From positions 3,428 through 67,427 of the forward strand of contig CAZYFH010000011.1 of NCBI GenBank assembly GCA_964646815.1: DNA of 64,000 nucleotides. The letters are read 5' to 3'. Source of the DNA: an uncultured Vicinamibacteraceae bacterium (lineage in GTDB: Bacteria; Acidobacteriota; Vicinamibacteria; Vicinamibacterales; UBA8438). The notes under the pieces are model-generated. The model was given only the letters and a program-made list of their open reading frames with translations, had not been told where the DNA came from and did not search any database. The position numbers were made by a program, and so were the translations under genes. Each line of letters starts with the position of its first letter. The stretch's first letter is position 1. Below, one piece after another: positions 39,597 through 51,001 of this stretch.

Positions 39597-42500
39597 GTGG
39601 CGCAGCGCCGCCGGAACGGAGACCCCGGCACGGAGGCTTCGGGGAGCGTGGGACTCGAGACCCTACCGGCGGCCGATTCAGTCCCGCCTGCGACCTCGCT
39701 CGCAATCCTTTCCGCTCCTGACGCCGCGACCCGTCTCGACGCCGCTAGAGCTTTCCTGGAGCCGCACGCCGCGGGGCGGGAGTTGCTCCTGGTCGGCGAG
39801 ACGCGTGAAGCGGCTGATGATTTCGCGCACGAAATCGCCCGACGTCTCGGGGCGACCTTTGGACTCCATCGATTCAGCGTGCGGCAGCTCGCGGCGCGGA
39901 TCGCCGCAGTTGATCTCGCTCGGGCTGGGACCGCGCCCGCCACCCGGCTCGGGGTGGAGGCTGTCGCGACCCGCGCCGCGTTCGAAGAGATCGAGCGCGA
40001 GGCGCTCGACTACCTCCGTCCCATCGCGCGCCTTCGCACGTTCGGGCGTACGCTCGCTGCGACGCTACAGGACCTTCGGCACGCCGATGTGTCGGTGGCT
40101 CGGGTGATCCGTCTCGATTCGAGTGGACCCGACCTCGGGGTGCTCGCGGCGCGCTACGCGCAGCAACTCGACCAGGCTCGACTCGTCGACGCGTCGATGC
40201 TCTACCGACTGGCTGCTGCTACCGCGGCGCGCGGGGTCGCGAGACCGCCACTGGGTCTCCCCACGGTGCTGCTGGACGTCGCGGTCGCTGACGACGCGAC
40301 GCTGGCACTGGTCGCCTCGCTCGCTGCCCGTGCCCCGCGGGTGCTGGCTACCGTGCCGGCGGGTGACGACCGCACGCTGGCCGCGCTCCGACGGCTCCCG
40401 GGTGCGACGGACGCGGCCGTTGCGGACGATGGGGCGAAGGATCGGGCCCTCGGGCGAGTACGCCGATTCCTGTTCACGGCCGATACCCCGCCAGCGGTGG
40501 ACGACACGAACGAGGCACCCGAGGTCACCTTCCGCTCCGCTCCAGGCGAGGAGCGCGAGTGCGTCGAGATTGCGCGAACGATGCTGCAGGAGTCGGCGCG
40601 GGGCGTGAGATTCGATCGGATGGCGGTCTTGCTCCGGTCGCCGCGCGTCTACGGTGGCTTGCTCGAGACGGCGCTGAATCGAGCGGGGATCAACGCCTGG
40701 TTCGCCAAGGGCACACGCACCCCGGATCCGGCGGGCCGGGCGTTCCTGGCGCTGCTCACCTGCGCGGCAGAACGGCTCTCCGCGCGCCGGTTCTCCGAAT
40801 ACCTGTCGCTGGGCCAGGTGCCCCGGCTCGACGCCGACGGTGCGCCACCGGTTGACCGCGGACGATGGGTGGCGCCTGATAGCGTCGCCGAGGTCGTGCC
40901 GGCGCCTGCAGTCCCAGCACAGCTCTCGCTGCTCGCCCTGCTTGAGGCCGAGGACGGCTCGCCGGGTGATCCGACCGATGCCAGTCCGGTGGACGGCGAC
41001 GCCTCTCCGGTCGTTGCCGGAACGCTGCGCGCGCCGTGGCGCTGGGATCGTCTTCTCGTCGAGTCAGCCGTCATCGGCGGACAAGAGCGGTGGGCGCGAC
41101 GCCTGACCGGTCTGGCTCGTGAGCTGGAGTTGAAGCGCGCCGAGCATGCTGCGGATGACCCTGACTCGTCGCGCGTACGCGGAATCGATGAAGACCTTCG
41201 CAACCTGGAGCACCTACGCCGGTTCGCGTTGCCCGTCATCGGTCGGTTGGCGGCATTGCCAGACGAGGCACCATGGGGCGAGTGGCTGGATCTCCTTGAC
41301 GACCTGGCGCCGATGGTGCTCGAGGATCCGGACCGCGTGCTCGCGGTGCTCGCCGAGCTCCGGCCGATGGCTCGTGTGGGTCCGGTGCCGCTGCCGGAGG
41401 TGCAGGATGTCCTCGCGGAGCGCTTGACCGAGTTGCAGGCCGAACCGCCGCGCCGGCGGTTCGGCCGGGTCTTCGTCGCCGAACCGGAGCATGTACGCGG
41501 CCGCCAGTTCGAAGTCGTGTTCATTCCAGGTCTCGCCGAGCGCGTCTTTCCCCAGAAGCAGCGTCAGGACCCGTTGTTGCTCGATGCGCACCGCGCCAGC
41601 CTCAACACGGGCGCGGACGCGGCACATCTCGGTCTGCCGGATCAGCACGAACGCAACGCGCGTGAAAAGCTCTTGCTGCGCCTAGCTGTTGGCGCCGCCA
41701 CCGACCGCGTGCACCTGTCCTACCCGCGTCTACAAGCGAGTGACGGTCGCCCACGGGTCCCCTCGTTCTACGCGCTGGAGGTCGAACGGGCTCGGAGCGG
41801 GGTCTTGCCGAGCTTTCAGGCGGTCGAGGAACGGGCGTTTCTCCAGGCGGGCGCGCGTCTCGCCTGGCCGGCGCCGGCGGATGCGGCACTCGCCATCGAC
41901 GATGCCGAGCATGATCTGGCGGTCCTCGGCCCGCTGCTGCATCGAACGGTCACGCCCGAGATCGCAGGTCGTGGCCGGTACTTATTGACTCTGGACCGCG
42001 GGCTGCGGCGGTCGCTCCTCACACGCTGGGCACGCTGGAAGCAGCCGTGGTCGAAATACGACGGGCTCTACGATCTCGACGACGGCACGATCGCCATGCT
42101 TGCCGCGCACCGACTCGATGCGCGACCCTATTCCGTCTCGTCACTACAGCGCTTTGCGGCGTGTCCGTATCAGTTCCTGCTCGCTGCGGTCTACCGCTTG
42201 ATGCCACGCCAGGACGTCGAGCCGCTGGAAAAGCTTGACCCGCTGACGCGAGGCCGCATGGTTCACGAGGTGCAGGCTGAGTACATGCGCGAGCTGAAGC
42301 GCCGCGACGCACTGCCGGTGACGGCGACACGGGTTCCTGATGCGGAAGCGGTGCTCGACGACGTCCTCGACCGGGTGTCCGCCGCCTACGCCGAACAGCT
42401 CGCGCCGGCCATCGATCGCGTGTGGCGAGATGAGATCGAGGCGGTGCGCGCCGATCTCAAGGGATGGATTCACCACGTGGCGAACGAGGACGGCGAGTGG

Positions 42501-43055
42501 ATCCCCATTCGCGCGGAGTTCGGATTCGGCTTCGCATCCGGGAGCGGCCGAGATCCCGAGAGCGTGCCGGAGCCGGTGACCCTCGACGGGCGTTGGCGAT
42601 TGCACGGTGTGGTCGACCTCATCGAAGCGAAGGCCGGACCGACGCCCCGCGGCGAGCTCCGTGTCACCGATCACAAGACGGGGAAGAACCGCACGCGCGA
42701 GCGGATGGTGGTCGGACGCGGCGAAGTGCTGCAGCCCGTGCTCTACGGCTTGTCCGTCGAGCAGGCAATCGGCCGCGCCGTTGGTGAGTCCCAGCTGTTC
42801 TTCTGTACCTCGACCGGCGGCTTCGGGCGTCGGTCCGTGACGCTCGGCGAGCGCGAGCGGCGATCCGGGATCGAGGTGCTGGAGATCATCGATCGGGCGG
42901 TGGAGGGAGGCATGTTCTTGCCGGCGCCGCGGGAGGGCGCATGCCGGTGGTGTGACTACCGTGAGGTCTGCGGTCCGTGGGAGGAGCGGCGGGCGCGTCG
43001 GGTGAAGGACGAGACCAAGCTCGTCGATCTCTACGCCCTCCGCAGGGCGCCATGA
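39597..43055 (+). CDS. addB: AddB-type helicase-nuclease subunit (PD-(D/E)XK nuclease with Fe-S cluster cysteines)
   Basis: 1152 aa. The C-terminal nuclease has [18 protein letters not shown]...RVTDHKTGK and [13 protein letters not shown], the 1+3 Cys pattern of AddB. The GTG start is uncertain. Confidence 0.8.
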   Translation: MAQRRRNGDPGTEASGSVGLETLPAADSVPPATSLAILSAPDAATRLDAARAFLEPHAAGRELLLVGETREAADDFAHEIARRLGATFGLHRFSVRQLAARIAAVDLARAGTAPATRLGVEAVATRAAFEEIEREALDYLRPIARLRTFGRTLAATLQDLRHADVSVARVIRLDSSGPDLGVLAARYAQQLDQARLVDASMLYRLAAATAARGVARPPLGLPTVLLDVAVADDATLALVASLAARAPRVLATVPAGDDRTLAALRRLPGATDAAVADDGAKDRALGRVRRFLFTADTPPAVDDTNEAPEVTFRSAPGEERECVEIARTMLQESARGVRFDRMAVLLRSPRVYGGLLETALNRAGINAWFAKGTRTPDPAGRAFLALLTCAAERLSARRFSEYLSLGQVPRLDADGAPPVDRGRWVAPDSVAEVVPAPAVPAQLSLLALLEAEDGSPGDPTDASPVDGDASPVVAGTLRAPWRWDRLLVESAVIGGQERWARRLTGLARELELKRAEHAADDPDSSRVRGIDEDLRNLEHLRRFALPVIGRLAALPDEAPWGEWLDLLDDLAPMVLEDPDRVLAVLAELRPMARVGPVPLPEVQDVLAERLTELQAEPPRRRFGRVFVAEPEHVRGRQFEVVFIPGLAERVFPQKQRQDPLLLDAHRASLNTGADAAHLGLPDQHERNAREKLLLRLAVGAATDRVHLSYPRLQASDGRPRVPSFYALEVERARSGVLPSFQAVEERAFLQAGARLAWPAPADAALAIDDAEHDLAVLGPLLHRTVTPEIAGRGRYLLTLDRGLRRSLLTRWARWKQPWSKYDGLYDLDDGTIAMLAAHRLDARPYSVSSLQRFAACPYQFLLAAVYRLMPRQDVEPLEKLDPLTRGRMVHEVQAEYMRELKRRDALPVTATRVPDAEAVLDDVLDRVSAAYAEQLAPAIDRVWRDEIEAVRADLKGWIHHVANEDGEWIPIRAEFGFGFASGSGRDPESVPEPVTLDGRWRLHGVVDLIEAKAGPTPRGELRVTDHKTGKNRTRERMVVGRGEVLQPVLYGLSVEQAIGRAVGESQLFFCTSTGGFGRRSVTLGERERRSGIEVLEIIDRAVEGGMFLPAPREGACRWCDYREVCGPWEERRARRVKDETKLVDLYALRRAP

Positions 43056-46000
43056 CAGAGAAGCCGGCGCCGCTGGTCGATGCCGATGCGCGTCATCGGA
43101 TCCGCACCGCGCTCGATGATTCGCTGATCGTCGAAGCGGCGGCCGGGACCGGTAAGACCAGCGAACTCGTCGCCCGCATCGTCAACGTGCTCGCGTCGGG
43201 CACCGCGCGAATCGACGAGATCCTCGCCGTGACGTTCACCGAGAAGGCGGCAGGCGAGCTGAAGCTCCGGCTGCGTGAGGAGCTCGAGCGCACGCGCCTG
43301 GCGCCGAATGACGGCGGTGGACGCGGTGCAGCCGACGGGCACCCCACGGTGCGCGCGCGCACCGTGGAACATGCGATCGCGCATCTCGAGGAAGCCCAAG
43401 TCAGCACGATTCACGGCTTTTGCGCCGATCTGTTGCACGAACGGCCGGTCGAGGCCGGGGTCGATCCGCGCTTCGGCATCTTGCCTGAGCCCGAGGCTCG
43501 ACGGCTCTTCGCACAAGGATTCGACCTCTGGTTTCAGGGCGTGCTCGCCGATCCGTCCGAAGGGGTCCGGCGCGCGCTGCGCCGTCGCCGGACGCCGTTC
43601 CGGTTCGCCGAACCCGACGTCTCGACCGATGGGCCGACCGACAGATTGCGTCGCGCGGCGTGGCAGCTCGCCGAATGGCGGGACTTTGTCGCCCCGTGGC
43701 GACGCGAGGAGTTCCCTCGCGAAGCGGTGATCGACCAGATCGTGGCCCACGTCAAGGAGTTCGCCGATCTCACCGACCAGGCGGGCAATCGCAAGCACGA
43801 TCGCCTCTTCCACGACACACAGCCGGCACGATCTGTGGCCCAAACCATAGAGACGACAGATGCCGTTCGGCCCCGGCGTCGCGACTATGACGGGATCGAG
43901 GCATTGCTCATCGAGCTCGCGGCGAACCGCTCGTTCACGAAACCCCGTAGCGGTGCGGGTGCGGGCTACGCCGATGGCGTGGCCCGTTCGCGCGTCCTCG
44001 AACGGCACACGAAGGTTGTCGACATGTTGCGGCGGTTCACTAAGGTTGCCGATGCCGATCTCGCCGCCCTCCTTCAACAGGAGCTCCAGGCGGTCATCGA
44101 ACGGTATGGTGCGCTGAAGGCTGAAGCCGGCTATCTCGATTTCGTCGATCTTCTCCTCAAGGCACGCGATCTCCTTACCCGCCACGAAAGCGTGCGACGC
44201 GCCGCCCAGCGACGGTTTGCACGCGTGTTCGTCGACGAGTTCCAGGACACCGATCCGCTTCAGGCGGAGATCATCCTCTTGCTCTCGGCGAACGACCCGG
44301 ACGAGCGTGAGTGGCGGCGTGTGACGCCGGCTCCCGGCAAGTTGTTCATCGTTGGGGATCCCAAGCAGTCGATCTACCGGTTTCGTCGGGCCGACGTCGG
44401 GATCTACGAAGAGGTCAAGCGTCAGCTGGAGCGGGTTGGTGTCACGTCCGTTGCGCTCACGACCAGTTTCCGAGCCGTGCCGGCCATCCAACGGTTGGTC
44501 AACCGGTCGTTCGCGCCGGTCATGCGCACCGTGCGCGCCGGGGGCGGGTCGCGGCCGGCCTATGTGCCGTTGTCACCGTATCGCAGCGGAACCGAGACGC
44601 AGCCGGCCGTGGTGGCGCTGCCGGTGCCGCGTCCGTACGGCTATCACCGTGTCGCGGCCGGGGCCATCGACACCTCCATGCCGCACGCTGTCGGCGCGTT
44701 CATTGATTGGCTCGTGCGTCAGAGCAGCTGGACCGTCACCCAACGGCGCTCGGACACGGGCGACGACGACCCGGGCACGGGCCGCGTGCCGATCGAGGCG
44801 CGTCACATCTGCGTGCTGTTCCGGCGCTTCGAGAGCTTTGGTGGCGACGTGACGCGCGCCTACGTCAACGCCCTCGAAGCACGCGGTATTCGCCACCTTC
44901 TGGTCGGCGGGCGGACGTTCCATGAACGGGAGGAGGTCTCGACGATGCGTGCGGCGCTGGCCGCCGTCGAATGGCCTGACGACGAGCTGTCGGTGTTCGC
45001 GACACTGCGTGGGTCGCTCTTTGCCCTCGACGACGAAACCCTCTTCGTCTATCGCCAGCGGTTCGGACGACTTCATCCGTTTCGGGTCCCAAGGGCGTTG
45101 ACGAGCGACCACGATACTGGCGACGAACGGTTGCTGCCGGTTGCCGATGCGCTCGAGTTGCTCCAGCACTTGCATCGCGAGCGCAACGACGTGCCGATGG
45201 CCGAGACAATCGGACGGCTGCTCGAAGAGACTCGCGCGCACGCGGGTTTTGTGATGCGACCTGCGGGTGAGCAGGCGCTGGCCAACGTGCTCCAGATCGC
45301 AGAGCTGGCACGGCGCTATGAGGCGAGCGGTGGGCTCTCGTTCCGCGGCTTCGTCGAGTATCTCCGGGACGAGGCGTCCGCACGGCAGGCGGGTGAGGCG
45401 CCGATCCTTGAGGAGGGGAGTGACGGCGTACGGATCATGACCGTACACCGCGCGAAGGGACTCGAGTTCCCAGTGGTGGTATTGGCCGATCCGACCTGCA
45501 AGCTCCATCGCAAGAGCGCCGACCGCTTCGTCGACGCGGAAGGGGGGCTGTGCGCGTTGCGGCTGGCGGGGTGGTCACCGCTCGATCTGCTGGACCATGA
45601 GCCCGAGGAAGTCGATCGTGATCGCGAAGAAGGCATCCGCCTCGCGTATGTCGCCGCGACACGCGCGCGCGATCTGCTCGTCGTGCCCGCGGTCGGTGAT
45701 GGGCCGCACGAGGGGGGGTGGACGAGTCCGCTCCACCCGGGGCTCTACCCACCCACGTCGACACGCCGCGCTCCCGAGCCCGCCCCCGGCTGTCCGCGAT
45801 TTGGTGTCGATACCGTGCTCGAGCGGCCGGATGGGGATCCGGCACGCAGCGACACAGTCGCGCCCGGGTTGCACAACTTCGCCACACTCGAGGCGGCCGA
45901 TCGTCATGACGCGAGCGTGGAGCGCGGCAAGGTCGTCGCGTTCCCTGGCAGTGCACCGGCGGTCTCGATCCCCGAGCCTCCTGCTGCCCCGACCTACGGC

Positions 46001-46732
46001 GTTGTCTGGTGGGATCCCGCGCAGCTGACGCTCGACGTCGATGCCCGGTTCGGGATCCGACAGGAGGAGCTCCTCTCGAAGAACACGCCGCCGGAGGTCG
46101 TCGAGGAGGACTTGCAGCGCTACCGCGGATGGCGCCGTCGCCGCGACGAGGCGATTGCTCGCGGGGCGCGGGCGAGCCTTGTCATCGAGACGGCAACCGA
46201 GCGCGCGCGCAGCGCGACCAGCGCCCGGGTCGCGCCTCCACCAGTCGAGGTCATCGAGCTTCCGATCGCATCGCGACGGCCGACGGGCGCGCGGTTCGGT
46301 TCGGTGGTCCACGCGGTGCTGGCAAGCGCGCCGCTGGAGCTCCCCGCTGCGTTGGCACCGCTCGACGAGCTCGCCGCGCTCCATGGGCGTATTCTCGGGG
46401 CGACGGAGCCCGAGACCACCGCAGCGTCGGCAATCGTCCGCGCGACGCTCGAACACCCGCTGCTGGCGCGCGCCCGCGCCGCGGCCACGCGCGGCGACTG
46501 CCGGCGCGAAGCGCCGGTCACGATGTGCGCCGACGACGGGGCGCTGGTGGAGGGGATTGTCGATCTCGCATTTCGTGAATCCACCGGCTGGACGGTGGTC
46601 GACTACAAGACCGACGCAGAGCTGGACGGGACCGACGCCCTGGAGATCTACCGGCAGCAGGTGGCGCTCTATGCGGCGATGATCGCTAGGGCGACTGGAG
46701 AGACGGCGACGCCGGTCCTGATGCGCGTGTGA
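43052..46732 (+). CDS. addA: AddA-type UvrD/Rep-family helicase with C-terminal PD-(D/E)XK nuclease
   Basis: Walker [22 protein letters not shown], the C-terminal nuclease [18 protein letters not shown], and an ATGA overlap with the addB stop. Confidence 0.85.
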   Translation: MTEKPAPLVDADARHRIRTALDDSLIVEAAAGTGKTSELVARIVNVLASGTARIDEILAVTFTEKAAGELKLRLREELERTRLAPNDGGGRGAADGHPTVRARTVEHAIAHLEEAQVSTIHGFCADLLHERPVEAGVDPRFGILPEPEARRLFAQGFDLWFQGVLADPSEGVRRALRRRRTPFRFAEPDVSTDGPTDRLRRAAWQLAEWRDFVAPWRREEFPREAVIDQIVAHVKEFADLTDQAGNRKHDRLFHDTQPARSVAQTIETTDAVRPRRRDYDGIEALLIELAANRSFTKPRSGAGAGYADGVARSRVLERHTKVVDMLRRFTKVADADLAALLQQELQAVIERYGALKAEAGYLDFVDLLLKARDLLTRHESVRRAAQRRFARVFVDEFQDTDPLQAEIILLLSANDPDEREWRRVTPAPGKLFIVGDPKQSIYRFRRADVGIYEEVKRQLERVGVTSVALTTSFRAVPAIQRLVNRSFAPVMRTVRAGGGSRPAYVPLSPYRSGTETQPAVVALPVPRPYGYHRVAAGAIDTSMPHAVGAFIDWLVRQSSWTVTQRRSDTGDDDPGTGRVPIEARHICVLFRRFESFGGDVTRAYVNALEARGIRHLLVGGRTFHEREEVSTMRAALAAVEWPDDELSVFATLRGSLFALDDETLFVYRQRFGRLHPFRVPRALTSDHDTGDERLLPVADALELLQHLHRERNDVPMAETIGRLLEETRAHAGFVMRPAGEQALANVLQIAELARRYEASGGLSFRGFVEYLRDEASARQAGEAPILEEGSDGVRIMTVHRAKGLEFPVVVLADPTCKLHRKSADRFVDAEGGLCALRLAGWSPLDLLDHEPEEVDRDREEGIRLAYVAATRARDLLVVPAVGDGPHEGGWTSPLHPGLYPPTSTRRAPEPAPGCPRFGVDTVLERPDGDPARSDTVAPGLHNFATLEAADRHDASVERGKVVAFPGSAPAVSIPEPPAAPTYGVVWWDPAQLTLDVDARFGIRQEELLSKNTPPEVVEEDLQRYRGWRRRRDEAIARGARASLVIETATERARSATSARVAPPPVEVIELPIASRRPTGARFGSVVHAVLASAPLELPAALAPLDELAALHGRILGATEPETTAASAIVRATLEHPLLARARAAATRGDCRREAPVTMCADDGALVEGIVDLAFRESTGWTVVDYKTDAELDGTDALEIYRQQVALYAAMIARATGETATPVLMRV

Positions 46733-46744
46733 CAGAATGAATCG

Positions 46745-47614
46745 GTGAGCGGGAGGATCACGAGGTGGACGCGCGCTGGACCACGGTTGCGACGCCCTCC
46801 GGATCGTGCGTCCCGCACGCCGCTCTTGCTCGCCGGGTTCGCGTTCGCCGCGCTCGTCACGGGCGGCTTGGTGCTCCGCTCATCGACCACGACGAGCCAC
46901 TCGGCGGCCCAGCCGGACGGCGTCGTGCGCTCGCTGCGTGTCGAGGTGCTCCGGACGCTGCCGCACGACACGACCGCGTATACCCAGGGACTGCTCTGGT
47001 GGGGCGGTGCGCTGTACGAGAGCACTGGTCAGTACGGGCAGTCGGAGCTCCGTCGAATCGATCCCGCCACTGGCCGCGCGACGCGGCGCGTCGATATCTC
47101 ACGCGCCTATTTCGGCGAGGGTCTCGCCCGTGTCGGTGATCGCCTCATCATGCTCACCTGGAAGGCGCAGCGCGCGCTCGTCCACGATCTCGCCAGTTTC
47201 GACCGGCTCGCGACGTTTCGCTACCGGGGCGAAGGGTGGGGCCTGTGCCACGACGGCGCGCGTCTGATCATGAGTGACGGAACCGACGTGCTCACATTCC
47301 GGGATCCTGAGTCGTTCGAGGCCGCCGGGCAGGTTCGCGTTACCTTGCGAGGTCGACCGCTCATGGAGCTGAACGAGCTCGAGTGTGTCCACGGCGAGGT
47401 GTTCGCCAACGTATGGCAGGAGGACTATCTCGTGCGTATCGACCCGGCAAGCGGACGGGTTACACACCAGATCGACGCGGCCGGTCTGCTGACTCGGCGC
47501 GAATCGCGCGGTGTGGACGTCCTCAATGGCATCGCCCATGACCCCGACGCCGACACGTTCTACATCACCGGTAAGTGGTGGCCCAAGATGTTCGAGGTGC
47601 GGTTCGTGGAGTAG
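46745..47614 (+). CDS. glutaminyl-peptide cyclotransferase (beta-propeller type)
   Basis: HDTTAYTQGLLWWGGALYESTGQYGQSELRRIDPATGR and the C-terminal NGIAHDPDADTFYITGKWWPKMFEV are typical of plant/bacterial-type glutamine cyclotransferase. Confidence 0.85.
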   Translation: MSGRITRWTRAGPRLRRPPDRASRTPLLLAGFAFAALVTGGLVLRSSTTTSHSAAQPDGVVRSLRVEVLRTLPHDTTAYTQGLLWWGGALYESTGQYGQSELRRIDPATGRATRRVDISRAYFGEGLARVGDRLIMLTWKAQRALVHDLASFDRLATFRYRGEGWGLCHDGARLIMSDGTDVLTFRDPESFEAAGQVRVTLRGRPLMELNELECVHGEVFANVWQEDYLVRIDPASGRVTHQIDAAGLLTRRESRGVDVLNGIAHDPDADTFYITGKWWPKMFEVRFVE

Positions 47615-47690
47615 GACGGCCTCGAGGGGCTGACGTCTCGGGGTCGAGCTTTGTGCTCGCCGCTGCGGGGACCGAGGGGCGGGAGGTAGC

Positions 47691-48563
47691 GTGATGATGG
47701 TGCCACGGTCGTCACGCCGTTGGCGCGTTCGAGCGCGGGTAGCCGGGCTCGCGTGCGTCGGGTCGGTCGTCGGCCTGACAGCGATCGGGCTCGCGCAGGA
47801 AGTGGTCACCAGCCAGCGGTGGGGCTGGTATCAGACGCCGCCGCGGTTCCCCGACCACACCGCCGACCGGCGCTTCGCATTCGCGCGGGTGATGTACGAG
47901 AGCGTCACGTCGGAGCCGCGCGGCTAGGGGTGGCTTACCGACTATCCGTCTGCCGATCGCAACTTCATGATTCGGCTCTCCGAGTTGACCACGACACGGA
48001 TCACCCGGGACCGACGGGCGGAGCCTGGCCATGTCGTCGTGCGATTGCTGGACGACGCGCTGTTCGATTACCCCTTCATCTTCATGTCCGATGTCGGTAC
48101 CGCTGGATTCAGCGCCGATGAGGCGGCACGGCTGCGGGCGTACCTGCTCAAAGGCGGATTCCTCTGGGTCGACGACTTCTGGGGTCCGCGCGCATGGAAT
48201 CGGTGGGTCGCTGAGATCGGCCGCGTGTTACCGCCGTCCATCTACCCAATCGTCGATGCTGGGCCGACGCACCCGATCTGCAACGGGCTCCACGACGTGG
48301 CGCAGATCCCACAGATCTCGTCGATCCGGTTCTGGCGGATGATGGGCGGGCGCACGACATCGAAACGCGGTGGCATGACCGCCGAGCCTCATTTTCGTGG
48401 TATCGCGGATGCGCACGGTCGGCTTCTCGTGGTGATGTCCCACAACACCGACATCGCTGACGGTTGGGAGCGCGAGGGTGAGGACTACGAGTAATTCTAC
48501 CGCTTCTCAGTCAAGGCGTACGCGTTCGGCATCAACGTCGCACTACACGCCATGACGCACTGA
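47691..48563 (+). pseudogene. DUF4159-family protein, single frame interrupted by TAG (47928) and TAA (48492)
   Basis: ORFs 47691-47927 and 47967-48494 plus the tail FYRFSVKAYAFGINVALHAMTH* are all in one frame. Together they align end to end with the intact paralogs at 51002 and 55369 (GWLTDYPSADRNF, GGFLWVDDFWG, terminal A(M/L)(T/S)H). Confidence 0.7.
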
Positions 48564-48582
48564 CGGCGCCCGAGCCCCGAAT

Positions 48583-48654
48583 CGTAGCGCAGGACTTCAA
48601 GCTTCCGAGGTAAGGCGGAAGCCTTGCCTTGCGGGCGAGCACTTGAAATTCGAA
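48583..48654. repeat. REP-like intergenic element, copy B
   Basis: CGTAGCGCAGGACTTCA is followed by the hairpin CAAGCTTCCG-AGGTAAGG-CGGAAGCCTTG, then TGCGGGC and TTCGAA. It lies between convergent genes. Confidence 0.55.
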
Positions 48655-48665
48655 CCTCGACGCGC

Positions 48666-49922
48666 TTACCGTCTCGGCGTCGCGGTCCGTGTGCCGCCCC
48701 CGCCTCGATACCCGCCTGACGTGACGCGACCGCCGGAGGAGTTGCCGCCCGAGCGACCGCTCGCGGACGAGCCACTCTGCCCCGCACCGGTCCCTCCTCC
48801 CGCGGTCGCCAGGCGACCGCCCGCTGGCGTGCGCGTGACCCGTGTGTAGCCGCGATTGGCGATCGCGCGGCCCGAGGGCGCAGTCGCGTCGTCACGGAGG
48901 AGGATGAAGGGGCTAGCTGCGCCACCGTAGCCATACAGATAGGGGCTGTACCCACTTCGCCAGTGGTTGTAGCCGAGCGGCGTCACGTAGTAGGGGTAGA
49001 GGTCGTTGTACCAAATCGGATCGTAGTACCTGCCGAAGCCGCCGCCACCGCCGCCCGACCAGCTCCCGCCCCGGGACCGGCGCTCGACGACGAACTGCTC
49101 GGGGTAGGCTAGCGCTACGAGCAAATCGATCACCTGGTGGTCGATGCCGGCCTCGTCCAGGGCGACCAGTGTGGCGGCGTCGAGATTGAACCGCGGCTGC
49201 GTCTCGACGAGCATCGCCTCGACGACACGTGGTGCCGCCCGCTCCGCTGCCTCGCGCACGCCCGGAAGGCTCAAGGGCGCGGCGGTCTCGCGTCGCGCCT
49301 CTCGGACGTCGCCCGGGTCGACCTGCGTGTCGAACTTTGACCCCAGCAACTCCTCACGCTGTTGCTCGGTCGCAGGGTTGTATCGCCGGATCTCGAGATG
49401 CTGTTGTCCACCGACGTCGACGAGCTGGATGTCGACCCAAGTGGAGGCACTTACCAGCAAGCTGATGCCATCGACAGACCGTGTCGGTCCATCGCCGCAT
49501 TGGAGCTCGGCGCGGGTAAAGAGCCGCCGGCCGCTGACGGCCCACTCGCTGCGTTCCCACCCGGTGCAGTCCCCCTCCGCGACCTCCTGACGGACCCCGT
49601 TACCCGGAAGTTCGCGTTCGACGAGCACACGCCCGTTCGCGACGGCGCGAAGCGTGATGCCGGACCCGCGTTCGGCCGGAGTCACGCAGACGAAGGTGCG
49701 CTCGGGGAACTCGGCGCCCGGCTGCGCCTCGCGATCGACCTGCTCTTCCCAGAGTTGCCAGCATCCGAGCCACGGCATCCACCGCGAATCGACGTTGGCG
49801 GCGCTCGACGGCGCGAGGTCGGTGGCAGATGCCGGCTCCTGTGCCGCCGCCGGACCTAGCGCCAGGAGCGTCAGCGCTGACGCCGCCAGGCACGCGCGCG
49901 GACCGCTGATGTTGGTCGACAT
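48666..49922 (-). CDS. secreted hypothetical protein with Gly/Tyr-rich and Gly/Ser/Arg-rich C-terminal region
   Basis: It has the signal peptide MSTNISGPRACLAASALTLLALGPAAAQE. The C-terminal third reads GGGGGGFGRYYDPIWYNDLYPYYVTPLGYNHWRSGYSPYLYGYGG, followed by a G/S/R tail. I do not recognise a family. Confidence 0.55.
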   Translation of the reverse strand: MSTNISGPRACLAASALTLLALGPAAAQEPASATDLAPSSAANVDSRWMPWLGCWQLWEEQVDREAQPGAEFPERTFVCVTPAERGSGITLRAVANGRVLVERELPGNGVRQEVAEGDCTGWERSEWAVSGRRLFTRAELQCGDGPTRSVDGISLLVSASTWVDIQLVDVGGQQHLEIRRYNPATEQQREELLGSKFDTQVDPGDVREARRETAAPLSLPGVREAAERAAPRVVEAMLVETQPRFNLDAATLVALDEAGIDHQVIDLLVALAYPEQFVVERRSRGGSWSGGGGGGFGRYYDPIWYNDLYPYYVTPLGYNHWRSGYSPYLYGYGGAASPFILLRDDATAPSGRAIANRGYTRVTRTPAGGRLATAGGGTGAGQSGSSASGRSGGNSSGGRVTSGGYRGGGGTRTATPRR

Positions 49923-49949
49923 TGTTGAGCCCCCCACGTCCACTATGCG

Positions 49950-50753
49950 TCAGAACATGAGCCGTACGCCAGCCGAAATACGGAGACCGGTGAGGTCGAT
50001 TGGGTCGAACCCGGCGAAGTCCCTCGTCACTTCCGCCTCGGCCCAGACGTATCGCACTTCCCCGGTCAGGAACAACTGGCGCATCAGCTGGACATCGACG
50101 CCGCTAAGCACATGTGTGCTCGGCGTCCACGCGCTCGTCTCGTGCCGCGCCGTGAAAATCGACAAGTCGCGGAAATCGACGAAATCGCCGAGCTGCTCGA
50201 ACTGGTAACGCATCAGCCCGACACCGGCGCCGACGTATGGGACGACCTGTCTTGGAATCCAGGTGTATCGGCCGATGGCGCGCCCGCGCGGTAGGATCGC
50301 GAGCACGATGCTGCCTGTCAGATCGAACTGACGCAGCGTGGTGTCCTGCTCGATCGGGATGCCGCTCTCATCGAAGTCGCGGTACTCGGAGCGAGTCAAC
50401 GTGCGTGTGAAGTCCAACCCGGCGCGCGCGTCGAGCCGTGACCCGAGCGCGAAGGCGACGTCGATTCCAATGCCCGGTGCGCTGAAGTCGCGCTGCTCGA
50501 GCGTCAGCGTCTCCGTCACGAAGTCGTACAGATCGGTCTCGGGGTCGAACCGATCGCGTCCGGCACGCGCTGCAAACCACTGGCCCCGGACGGCGACCGA
50601 TGTTCCCGGTCGCCCGAACAGAAAATCGGGACGCGCCTGTGCCTGCTCCCCGGCCTCGCTCTCGGCTCTGTCGGCCGAGGCGACCGCGGGACGAGGGGCG
50701 CCGAGCAGGACAGCGACGGTGGCGCAGAGCGCAAGTTGCCTGTGATGACGCAT
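49950..50753 (-). CDS. outer-membrane beta-barrel protein (small porin/OmpW-like size)
   Basis: It has a signal peptide ending AVASA, alternating hydrophobic beta-strand patterns and a C-terminal ...ISAGVRLMF with terminal Phe. Its stop lies 27 nt upstream of my ATG (49922) for the next gene, or 6 nt before the alternative GTG at 49943. Confidence 0.6.
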   Translation of the reverse strand: MRHHRQLALCATVAVLLGAPRPAVASADRAESEAGEQAQARPDFLFGRPGTSVAVRGQWFAARAGRDRFDPETDLYDFVTETLTLEQRDFSAPGIGIDVAFALGSRLDARAGLDFTRTLTRSEYRDFDESGIPIEQDTTLRQFDLTGSIVLAILPRGRAIGRYTWIPRQVVPYVGAGVGLMRYQFEQLGDFVDFRDLSIFTARHETSAWTPSTHVLSGVDVQLMRQLFLTGEVRYVWAEAEVTRDFAGFDPIDLTGLRISAGVRLMF

Positions 50754-51001
50754 CCACATGACACGGGGACTGTGCACGGACCGTACCGGAAAAAATCGCT
50801 AGTTCTACGGGGCCTGGGCCGCGGCCGCTCGTCCCGGGATCGCGACACCCTGTCCCGTCGGACGGACGTGGCGTACGGCCCTTGCGTCGTCACACAAGGG
50901 ACGGCGCCAGATCCTGTTGTCGACTCCAGAGTACACGAGCGGCCTGTGCTATGCTGCGACCGCCTCAACGACATCGGACCCCGTTCCGCCGGGAGCTGTA
51001 G

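Noticed and set aside
47928-48494. Stop-codon reassignment or readthrough as an explanation for the TAG and TAA inside the DUF4159 copy.
   Set aside because: TAG and TAA function as ordinary terminators of well-supported neighbouring genes in this window, for example the peroxiredoxin at 8077-8079. Two different stop codons would both need recoding.
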